Origin: Candidatus Babelota bacterium
GTDB lineage: Bacteria > Babelota > Babeliae > Babelales > Vermiphilaceae
Length of the DNA: 32,000 nt
Direction of reading: 5' to 3'
Assembly (NCBI GenBank): GCA_039809905.1
Contig: JBDHVY010000001.1
Coordinates: 600,001-632,000, forward strand
How positions within the stretch are numbered: position 1 is the first letter of the stretch; the number at the start of each line of letters is the position of its first letter. The position numbers and the translations under genes were made by a program. Under the pieces are notes generated by a model. The model made no database searches. It saw nothing but the letters and a program-made list of their open reading frames with translations, and was not told the origin of the DNA. Positions 16,409 to 23,283 of this stretch are shown one piece after another.

Positions 16409-18993
16409 ACTTGTACCTCCTTATCAGGCAAAAATTGAGCAAGAGATAATTGTGTCCGTTTCTTATTATGCATAGTTTCTATAAGATTCTGATGAGCTGT
16501 GCTCACTATTTTTTCTGGTACATCAACAGCAGGTTCATTTGGCGCAATGCTTTCTTCTTGTTGAATTATCACAGCTTGTTCTTTTTTTGCTTGCCGTTCA
16601 AAAATAAGGCCTTCAACTGATTTTTTAGCTCTGTCAGCTTTATCCTGGAAGAAGAGACGATGAATAGGATCACGATTGACGGCTGTAGTATCCATATAAT
16701 TAATCGTAGCTTGATAATCCTCAATGTGTTCACGCGTGAATGATTTCATATCTTCTCCCGCATTTGATTCAATAATGCGTGTAGAAATAAGTACCAAAAG
16801 ACTTTGTTTAATATTTATTTTACGTTTGTTTTTAAAAAACCAACCAATAATAGGAATGTCTCCTAATACAGGAACTTTTGTTTCTATATTTTGTATATTG
16901 TTTCTAATTAAACCACCAAGAGCAAGAACTTCTTTGTTCGCCACAATGGCATGAGTAACAATTTCTCTGGTGTTTTGTGTTGCACTGGTCGGATCGTTTG
17001 GATCAGCAAATTCATTAATCAGAATGCGAATGGTTAGGCCAATCATGCCATCAGAATTAATTTGTGGTGTGATAGTAACTTCAAGCAATGCGTTATCTGC
17101 ATCAAAAGCATTTACGGTGTTTGATGTGCTTGCGCTGCTTGATGCTCCGGTAATAACTTCTTCTGATACGATACGGCGTTGTTCACCAATAGAAACGGTT
17201 GCTTTGGAATTATTGGTTGCAAGTATAAACGGATTTGCTACCACTTCTGTATCAGTAATTGATTGAAGTGCTTGAAAAGCTCCCCATACGCCAAATGCAT
17301 CTCTGCCAAGAGTTAAGAACGATGTTCCTGGTACTGATCCTTGCACAAGATTAATGAGATTACCAAGAAGCCGTTGCGCTCCTGTTGTTGCATCAGGATT
17401 AGTTACGATAGTTGAAGTACCATACATTCCTGATGTTTGGAATTTAATATTATTGCCAAGAATACCATTCGGACCAGGTTCTTTAGTTCGTATTTGTGCA
17501 CCAAGACTTTTTGTATCAGTAAGGTCTACTGATGCAATAAGAACTTCAATAGCTGCTTGTGGTTGTTTTGCATCAAGCTGTCTAATAATTTTTTCTGCTT
17601 TTAGATAGTCATCATAATGGCCTTTAATAATGATGCGATTAGTTTCTGGTTCGGCAATAAATACCATTGGCCTCATGTATTGATCAGTACCACGTACACC
17701 ACCAAATTCTCGTTCTTTTGTTCCCGCACCAAATGACGTAACATCTGTCATAAGTTGAGCAATGGTTTTAGCATCAGCATATTTCAGTTGATATGTGTAA
17801 AGTGGTGAATAGGCTTGATCAAGTTCAATATCAACATATTTTACGATAAAATCTTCAATTTTTTTAATTGCGTTTTTTGGTCCGAGTAAGATGAGCGTAT
17901 TTGTTCGCGGATCAGAAATAATGCGTGTATTTTCTGGAAAGAAAAGAGAAGTCGGTTGTTTTTTAGTGAAAAAACGTGATGATGTATCTTCTTTAGGCAG
18001 CAATTCTTGATACAAATTTTTTACGGTATCTGCATCAGCATTGCGGAGTTTAAGCACAGACATAGATTCTGGAATACTGACTTTATCAAGTTCTTTAACG
18101 ATAGCCATCAACATTTTGATATTGTAGGCTTTATCAGTCAGTATAAATCCTTTGTGTTCTCTGAGTGCAATAAGACCTTGTGAACTACTGCTTCGCAGAG
18201 GCCCGACGATTTCCATAATAGTATCAACTGATGCATTTTCTAAGAAATAAACATAGCGAATTAATTCATCGTTATCAGGCAATAATTTATAATCGACACC
18301 AATAAACGTTGGCAATGGAGCTTTTCGTGCTGATTCTATTGTGGTAATTCTAAAAATTTTCGGATCTGCTTGAGGGGTGATTGCAAAGCCAGCTATATCA
18401 ATAAATGTGACAAATAAATTCCACGTTTCTTTTTTAGAAAGAGGATTATTTGTTTTGAATGATATTTTATTATTTTTTATTGATTTTTTACCCTGAGGTA
18501 GTGGAGATATTGCATCATCACTTATGAAGGTAATTTCAAAAATATCTTCAATTTGTTTCACAAAGTTTTGAAGATCAGCATTTTCAAAATTAAGTTCTAT
18601 ACTAACTTCTTCATCTTCTTCGTCTTGTATAGCAAGAGGCATTTCAACAGGTTGTGTTGCTTTATCAATGGCAGCAGGTTTTTTAGGATCTACAAAAGGA
18701 TCAGTGTATTGTTGTATTGGTCGCTGATCTAATCCATTGTTCATTTGAGATGTCTCAGCAGATTTCGGTGCCTTATCGTTGGTTGGTTTTTTTGTGGTGA
18801 AAGAAGTGCTTGCCCTGCCTGCGGTTGGAGCTGTAGCTATTGGGCTGGTATAAGCCTCAATATTCATGTGAGTATTAACGCTTTTATTTGCTGCTTTTTT
18901 TTTGCGGTAGCGTTTTCGACTTCCTGTTTCTGTTATGCTCATAACAGTGGCAAGAATAAAAACAAGAGAGAGATGAACTTTATATTTATTCAT
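16405..18993 (-). CDS. gspD: Secretin A (GspD-type: signal peptide, ~105-aa low-complexity linker, N0-N3, secretin domain, 119-aa C-terminal extension)
   Basis: N0-like segment ELNFENADLQNFVKQIEDIFEITFI. Several N1-type modules are present. Secretin-domain motifs are AIEVLIASVDLT, ANPFILATNNSKATVSIG and VPVLGDIPIIGWFFKNKRK. It lies directly downstream of the GspC-like gene. Confidence 0.9.
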   Translation of the reverse strand: MNKYKVHLSLVFILATVMSITETGSRKRYRKKKAANKSVNTHMNIEAYTSPIATAPTAGRASTSFTTKKPTNDKAPKSAETSQMNNGLDQRPIQQYTDPFVDPKKPAAIDKATQPVEMPLAIQDEEDEEVSIELNFENADLQNFVKQIEDIFEITFISDDAISPLPQGKKSIKNNKISFKTNNPLSKKETWNLFVTFIDIAGFAITPQADPKIFRITTIESARKAPLPTFIGVDYKLLPDNDELIRYVYFLENASVDTIMEIVGPLRSSSSQGLIALREHKGFILTDKAYNIKMLMAIVKELDKVSIPESMSVLKLRNADADTVKNLYQELLPKEDTSSRFFTKKQPTSLFFPENTRIISDPRTNTLILLGPKNAIKKIEDFIVKYVDIELDQAYSPLYTYQLKYADAKTIAQLMTDVTSFGAGTKEREFGGVRGTDQYMRPMVFIAEPETNRIIIKGHYDDYLKAEKIIRQLDAKQPQAAIEVLIASVDLTDTKSLGAQIRTKEPGPNGILGNNIKFQTSGMYGTSTIVTNPDATTGAQRLLGNLINLVQGSVPGTSFLTLGRDAFGVWGAFQALQSITDTEVVANPFILATNNSKATVSIGEQRRIVSEEVITGASSSASTSNTVNAFDADNALLEVTITPQINSDGMIGLTIRILINEFADPNDPTSATQNTREIVTHAIVANKEVLALGGLIRNNIQNIETKVPVLGDIPIIGWFFKNKRKINIKQSLLVLISTRIIESNAGEDMKSFTREHIEDYQATINYMDTTAVNRDPIHRLFFQDKADRAKKSVEGLIFERQAKKEQAVIIQQEESIAPNEPAVDVPEKIVSTAHQNLIETMHNKKRTQLSLAQFLPDKEVQV

Positions 18994-19008
18994 ATTTTTT
19001 TACTCAAT

Positions 19009-20115
19009 TCAACTGCTACTGTGGGTTGCCCGAGCACCTTTTTGAAACATTAATTGGTGATCTGCTTTTTTCATTTTATCAACGGTAGGAGCAAAAGCAT
19101 ATTGTTGTTGTTTTATAGTCTCATTTTTTTTGTGTAAAAGAAAAGCTGTTTCCTGTTTTTCAGTATTATTGAGAGACTCTTCTTCCTTTGTAGTAAAGTC
19201 TTCTAAGGTATAAACGAGGGTAATATCTCTATTTTTACGCATTAATTTTATGGTTATTGTGTTGCCAATTTTGAGTGAAGTAATGTTTTTATAGATTGCA
19301 AGCCGCTCTTCTGTTGTTTGTGCCGGAATACCATTTATAGAAAGTATTATATCACCATTTTGCAATCCTATTAAGCCGCCAAATGGAGATTTATTCATAA
19401 GGCCTATACGCAATCCTACACTTTTTCCTTGTTGATATGCTGTTGTTGCATTCAAAAGCTCAATGCACTCAGTCAAACTTTTGACTTGTTCTATAAATGA
19501 TTCAGGATTAATGAGATAAGTACTATTTCCTGTTTTTTTAACAACAGTATCCCATTCATGTGCAATATTATAGACTGGATCAGTTTTTGCATCTTGTTCT
19601 CGTAAATAAAGCACTTCTTGTTGTCCATTTAAACGCAAGAAGATAACTTTATTTTTAAATATTCGTATAAGTTGTGAATCTTGAATAAGATCACCAACTT
19701 TATAGGTACCTTCTTGTGTTGTTTTATTATCTTGAATCATTGCCCTATTTTTTGAATCATTAGAGCTTACAACAATAATACCTTTCAGTGTTATTTGAAG
19801 TGGATCAAGAAATTCTGGTTCGGCAATAGCAGGTATTATTATTTTTTGTTGAGCTGGAGGAGCAGGAAAAGGAATAACTGTTTCAGATTGTTTTACCTGT
19901 GGAATTTCTTTTACATAAGTGCCAAAAAGATCATCTTCATAAATTTTTTTGATATTGATAGCAACTTTTTGTTCTTTGCGTGGAGCAACTTCTTCTGCCT
20001 CAAGATCTTCTGATTTTGGTCGAGAAATTTTAACAGATGACACATAAATAAATGCAAAGATGACAAGGACTAAAGAAAGTAGTCCAAGATTTATAATCCA
20101 AAATGGTTGTTTCAT
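19009..20115 (-). CDS. gspC: GspC-like protein (N-terminal TM anchor, HR-like secretin-interaction segment, C-terminal PDZ domain)
   Basis: TM helix FWIINLGLLSLVLVIFAFIYV. HR-like segment is LQITLKGIIVVSSNDSKNRAMIQDN...YKVGDLIQDSQLIRIFKNKVIFLRLNGQQEVLYL. PDZ-like segment is GLRIGLMNKSPFGGLIGLQNGDIILSINGIP...TIKLMRKNRDITLVY. SD AAGGAA lies upstream. Confidence 0.75.
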   Translation of the reverse strand: MKQPFWIINLGLLSLVLVIFAFIYVSSVKISRPKSEDLEAEEVAPRKEQKVAINIKKIYEDDLFGTYVKEIPQVKQSETVIPFPAPPAQQKIIIPAIAEPEFLDPLQITLKGIIVVSSNDSKNRAMIQDNKTTQEGTYKVGDLIQDSQLIRIFKNKVIFLRLNGQQEVLYLREQDAKTDPVYNIAHEWDTVVKKTGNSTYLINPESFIEQVKSLTECIELLNATTAYQQGKSVGLRIGLMNKSPFGGLIGLQNGDIILSINGIPAQTTEERLAIYKNITSLKIGNTITIKLMRKNRDITLVYTLEDFTTKEEESLNNTEKQETAFLLHKKNETIKQQQYAFAPTVDKMKKADHQLMFQKGARATHSSS

Positions 20116-20149
20116 TAGGAATTCCTTGCATTATTTTTTTACTTTTTTC

Positions 20150-20179
20150 ACAATAACGCTCTTAACTTACCCTTGTCAA
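20150..20179 (-). promoter_or_regulatory. Candidate sigma70-type promoter for the secretin operon
   Basis: On the minus strand, TTGACA (plus 20174-20179), an 18-nt spacer, then TATTGT (plus 20150-20155), about 35 nt upstream of the gspC-like ATG. Sequence match only; read-through from the MoxR gene is also possible. Confidence 0.3.
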
Positions 20180-20223
20180 GTATACAAGCAGATCTGTTTT
20201 TTTAGAAAAGAGTAATAATTTCA

Positions 20224-21216
20224 TTACGGTGTAGGGATTGTGCTCATTATTTTCTTTATGATTGCTTCTGCTGAAACATTATCTGCTTCTGCTTCATATG
20301 TTAAGTGTAAACGATGTTGCAATGCAGGCAAACATATTGCTTTAACATCATCAGGAATCACATAATGCCGTTTTGCCAAAAAAGCATGTGTTTTTGCTGC
20401 ATGATAGAGCGCCAAAGTTGCTCTTGGAGAAACGCCATATTTAATATACGGTGTAAGCTCGTTTAATTTATAATCAGCAGGCTTTCGTGTTGCAAAAATA
20501 ATTGAAACGATATAATTAATTATTTTTTCATCAACGTAAATGCATTGTGCAAGCTTTTGTGATTCTAGTATATCGCTTTGTGTTAAAACTTGGTTGATTG
20601 TATTGGTATTGAGCGAGCGATGCAAAATTTCACGTTCTTCAAAAATAGTAGGATAATCAACGTGTATTTTGAACAAAAAGCGATCAAGTTGTGCTTCTGG
20701 CAAACGATATGTTCCTTCTTGTTCAACAGGATTTTGTGTTGCAAAAACTAAAAATGGAGCGTCAAGTTTATAGGTATGTGATCCAATAGTTACTTGTTGC
20801 TCTTGCATAGCTTCCAAAAGAGCAGCCTGGACTTTTGCCGGAGCACGATTAATTTCATCAGCAAGAATGAGGTTGGCAAAAATAGGTCCTTTTTTTGTTT
20901 CAAAATCTTGAGTTTTTGGATTAAAAATTAAGGTGCCAATCAAATCAGATGGTAGTAAGTCTGGTGTAAATTGTATGCGGTTAAAGGTAAGACCAAGAGC
21001 GGCTGCCACGGCTTTGATCATCGTAGTTTTTGCCACACCCGGAACGCCTTCAAGCAAAATATGGCCTTTACATAAAATTGCATTAACAATTAATTCAATA
21101 ATATGATTTTGACCAACAATTACTTTGCTTATTTCTGTAGGTAAATCGTTAAATCGATTGCTTTCTAGTTTTATTTGATCAATATCAGTCTGTGTCGGCA
21201 TTATATTATTCATCAT
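20224..21216 (-). CDS. MoxR-family AAA+ ATPase
   Basis: Walker [11 protein letters not shown], Walker [11 protein letters not shown], the MoxR-type [23 protein letters not shown] motif, and a C-terminal lid. I place the start at the MMNNIMPTQ methionines. The 21270 start would leave only 9 bp before the divergent dcd ORF. Confidence 0.88.
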   Translation of the reverse strand: MMNNIMPTQTDIDQIKLESNRFNDLPTEISKVIVGQNHIIELIVNAILCKGHILLEGVPGVAKTTMIKAVAAALGLTFNRIQFTPDLLPSDLIGTLIFNPKTQDFETKKGPIFANLILADEINRAPAKVQAALLEAMQEQQVTIGSHTYKLDAPFLVFATQNPVEQEGTYRLPEAQLDRFLFKIHVDYPTIFEEREILHRSLNTNTINQVLTQSDILESQKLAQCIYVDEKIINYIVSIIFATRKPADYKLNELTPYIKYGVSPRATLALYHAAKTHAFLAKRHYVIPDDVKAICLPALQHRLHLTYEAEADNVSAEAIIKKIMSTIPTP

Positions 21217-21300
21217 ATGAATATCTTTTTTTAAAAAATAATCCTGGTACTTTATAGTATACGTTAACATTATCTTGCAATGAGTTCAATAAGGAGCATT

Positions 21301-21825
21301 ATGATTCTTTCTGGAAATGAAATTAGACGTCGATTAGGTAAAGAGCTTTTTATAGAGCCATTTAATCCATCTCAATTAGGTCCTAATAGCTATAACCTGT
21401 GCTTGCATAATGAATTGGTTGTCTATGATGAACCTCATCTTGATATGAAAAAAGAACATCAAATTCAAACATTAGTTATTCCAGAAGAAGGGATGCTTCT
21501 TGAAGCTGGTAAATTATATCTGGGAAGAACGGTTGAGTATACAAAAACTGATACTCTTGTTCCTATGATTGAAGGGCGTTCATCAATTGGCCGTTTAGGA
21601 TTGTTTATCCATGTAACAGCAGGCTTTGGTGATGTTGGTTTTCGCGGATATTGGACCCTTGAGATCTTCTGTGTTCAACCAGTTCGCATCTATCCTGGTG
21701 TAGAAATATGCCAAATCTTTTATCACACCATTGAGGGTGATTATGCAAAGTATTCGAGCAATAAATATCAAAACAATCGCGGTATCCAGCCGAGCATGCT
21801 CTATAAAGATTTTCAGAAAGAATAG
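21301..21825 (+). CDS. dcd: dCTP deaminase
   Basis: Sequence is MILSGNEIRRRL..., SYNLCLHNEL, EGRSSIGRLGLFIHVTAGFGDVGFRGYWTLEI. The start at 21301 has a consensus SD AAGGAG (21291-21296) upstream; the listed 21280 start lacks one. Confidence 0.92.
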   Translation: MILSGNEIRRRLGKELFIEPFNPSQLGPNSYNLCLHNELVVYDEPHLDMKKEHQIQTLVIPEEGMLLEAGKLYLGRTVEYTKTDTLVPMIEGRSSIGRLGLFIHVTAGFGDVGFRGYWTLEIFCVQPVRIYPGVEICQIFYHTIEGDYAKYSSNKYQNNRGIQPSMLYKDFQKE

Positions 21826-21826
21826 C
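21770..21826 (+). repeat. Direct repeat copy A (functional 3' end of dcd)
   Basis: These 57 nt align without gaps to 22725-22781, with 44 of 57 identical by hand alignment. Confidence 0.8.
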
Positions 21827-21842
21827 ACTTTAAAGGGATGTT

Positions 21843-22715
21843 ATGAAACAATTGATAATACCCGTATTTGCGCTTCTATCTACTATTTTTCAGGCACAAA
21901 GCATGGAAATTTGTGATGAGACAAAAAAATCTGAAAAAGATAGTTTAAATGCAAAAAGTAAATATCCGAATTACAACTCACTTTCAAATAGGAGTAATAA
22001 TTATTCGAAAGCAGAGGATCTGAAAATTTTTTTGAAAATAACTGCACAAGAACTTATCCCTGATGTTCAAAACCGTATTGCAACCAAATTTATACAGCTG
22101 TATTTTTCAAACACTTCTCTGAGTTGCGCCAAGTTAAAACCTCTGGAGTTATTGCATTTTGTATCTAAGGTTCAAAATATTTGTCCAATAAAAATTGGTA
22201 ATAAAATATTTGAATGGAAAGATATAATTGTCTTAACAAAAAAACAACAGGAAAAACTTTTTGTTGTAGGAAATCCTCACTATCTTTATACATGCTTAAC
22301 CGGCTTTGATAATAATGTTATTGAAGCACCAAATGATTGTTGCACAAAAACTGTGTATTGTTTACCCCAATATTGTTGTGGAAAAATGGCTCCCGATATA
22401 AAACTTCTAGAAGATCAGCCAGCGCATATCAAAAAAAATCTTATTGTTCATACTGATGATTATTCGGCTGTATGTTGTCAATGCATTCCTGCTTGTACGG
22501 CTGGATTTTGTTTGTTATATCCTGTGCTTGGTGTTGCTAATGGTTGTGCAATTTCTTTTTGTTCGACAACATTATCATCATGGGTGTGGTGGTTGCCTAT
22601 GGGATTCTGGCCTACTTGTGGGGGGCTTTTTCTTCTAAAGAGATTTTTGCTAAGAGCAAAAAACGGTTCTTGTTGTTCAAACGAACATGATTTACATGAA
22701 AGAAGATTTGAATAA
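21843..22715 (+). CDS. Cys-rich, hydrophobic-tailed secreted protein family, member 1 (290 aa)
   Basis: SD AAAGGGA lies upstream. Signal peptide is MKQLIIPVFALLSTIFQAQS|ME. Shared family motifs are LIPDVQNRI, PIKIGNK..EW, LTKKQQEKL and QPAHIKKN. CC/CxC clusters give about 16 Cys in the last 140 aa. The C-terminal region has two hydrophobic segments. Confidence 0.7.
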   Translation: MKQLIIPVFALLSTIFQAQSMEICDETKKSEKDSLNAKSKYPNYNSLSNRSNNYSKAEDLKIFLKITAQELIPDVQNRIATKFIQLYFSNTSLSCAKLKPLELLHFVSKVQNICPIKIGNKIFEWKDIIVLTKKQQEKLFVVGNPHYLYTCLTGFDNNVIEAPNDCCTKTVYCLPQYCCGKMAPDIKLLEDQPAHIKKNLIVHTDDYSAVCCQCIPACTAGFCLLYPVLGVANGCAISFCSTTLSSWVWWLPMGFWPTCGGLFLLKRFLLRAKNGSCCSNEHDLHERRFE

Positions 22716-22724
22716 TAAAAACTA

Positions 22725-22781
22725 AAAATGATCGTGGTATTCAGCTGAGTATGTTATACAAGGATTCTCAGAAAGAATGGG
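22725..22781 (+). pseudogene. Direct repeat copy B: relic of a dcd 3' end (no upstream gene body)
   Basis: In the dcd-equivalent frame it reads NDRGIQLSMLYKDSQKE, against NNRGIQPSMLYKDFQKE in dcd. The dcd stop position is TGG here. It lies immediately upstream of the next gene's ATG (22788). Confidence 0.75.
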
Positions 22782-22787
22782 AAAATA

Positions 22788-23237
22788 ATGCGTAATAATT
22801 TGTATGTGGTACTAGGGCTTTGGATAATTTTTATTGGTAATGAATCTTTAATTGCGATGCATGAATCGATAAAAGTAAAAATAGAAAATTTGAGAATAGC
22901 TCATGTAGCAGAAATACGACAGCATGAAAAAGGGTGTAGTGACTGTCTTGTTGATCAAGCCTGTGGTAGATCAGAAATTGCGCAAAAATTTACAAAACAA
23001 GTTGGTGAGTTGGTATTAAATGCCGGAGATCTAGTGACTGATCAAGAAAAATTAAATCATGCCTACGGAAAGTTGCTTTATCCTCAACGAAAAGAAGTTA
23101 TTAAAAAAATGATTAGTGAAGGTCAACATCCAAACAATATAGTATATCAGCTAAATGAAGAAACTCCTTTGAAGAAAGCAGTTAAATTTGAAGATGAAGA
23201 ATTTATTCGGTTTTTGCGTGAACATGGTGCTGATTAG
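22788..23237 (+). CDS. Small signal-peptide protein with a single C-terminal ankyrin-like repeat (149 aa)
   Basis: N-terminus is MRNNLYVVLGLWIIFIGNESLIA|MH. The C-terminal ...ETPLKKAVKFEDEEFIRFLREHGAD fits the ANK consensus (TPLh.A...g..e.v.fLl.hGAd). Confidence 0.55.
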   Translation: MRNNLYVVLGLWIIFIGNESLIAMHESIKVKIENLRIAHVAEIRQHEKGCSDCLVDQACGRSEIAQKFTKQVGELVLNAGDLVTDQEKLNHAYGKLLYPQRKEVIKKMISEGQHPNNIVYQLNEETPLKKAVKFEDEEFIRFLREHGAD

Positions 23238-23243
23238 ATAAAT

Positions 23244-23267
23244 CTGCTAAGCAAGGCCCTTGAAACA
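23244..23267. terminator. GC-rich hairpin between convergent genes (probable bidirectional terminator)
   Basis: Stem aggccctt (23244-23251) pairs with aagggcct (23260-23267) across an 8-nt loop. There is no clear U-tract on either side. Confidence 0.5.
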
Positions 23268-23283
23268 TCAAGGGCCTATTAAC

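Noticed and set aside
21217-21300. Longest-ORF starts for the MoxR gene (21270) and dcd (21280), leaving a 9-bp divergent intergenic region
   Set aside because: dcd has a consensus AAGGAG SD before ATG 21301, and orthologues begin at the MILS-type N-terminus. The MoxR extension is non-conserved. The internal starts restore an ~84-bp divergent promoter region.
21301-21825. dCTP deaminase as a possible nucleotide-depletion anti-phage defence gene
   Set aside because: It is a short (174 aa) canonical single-domain Dcd with no extra N-terminal domain, consistent with the housekeeping enzyme. The interesting feature is the duplicated 3' end, not the enzyme.
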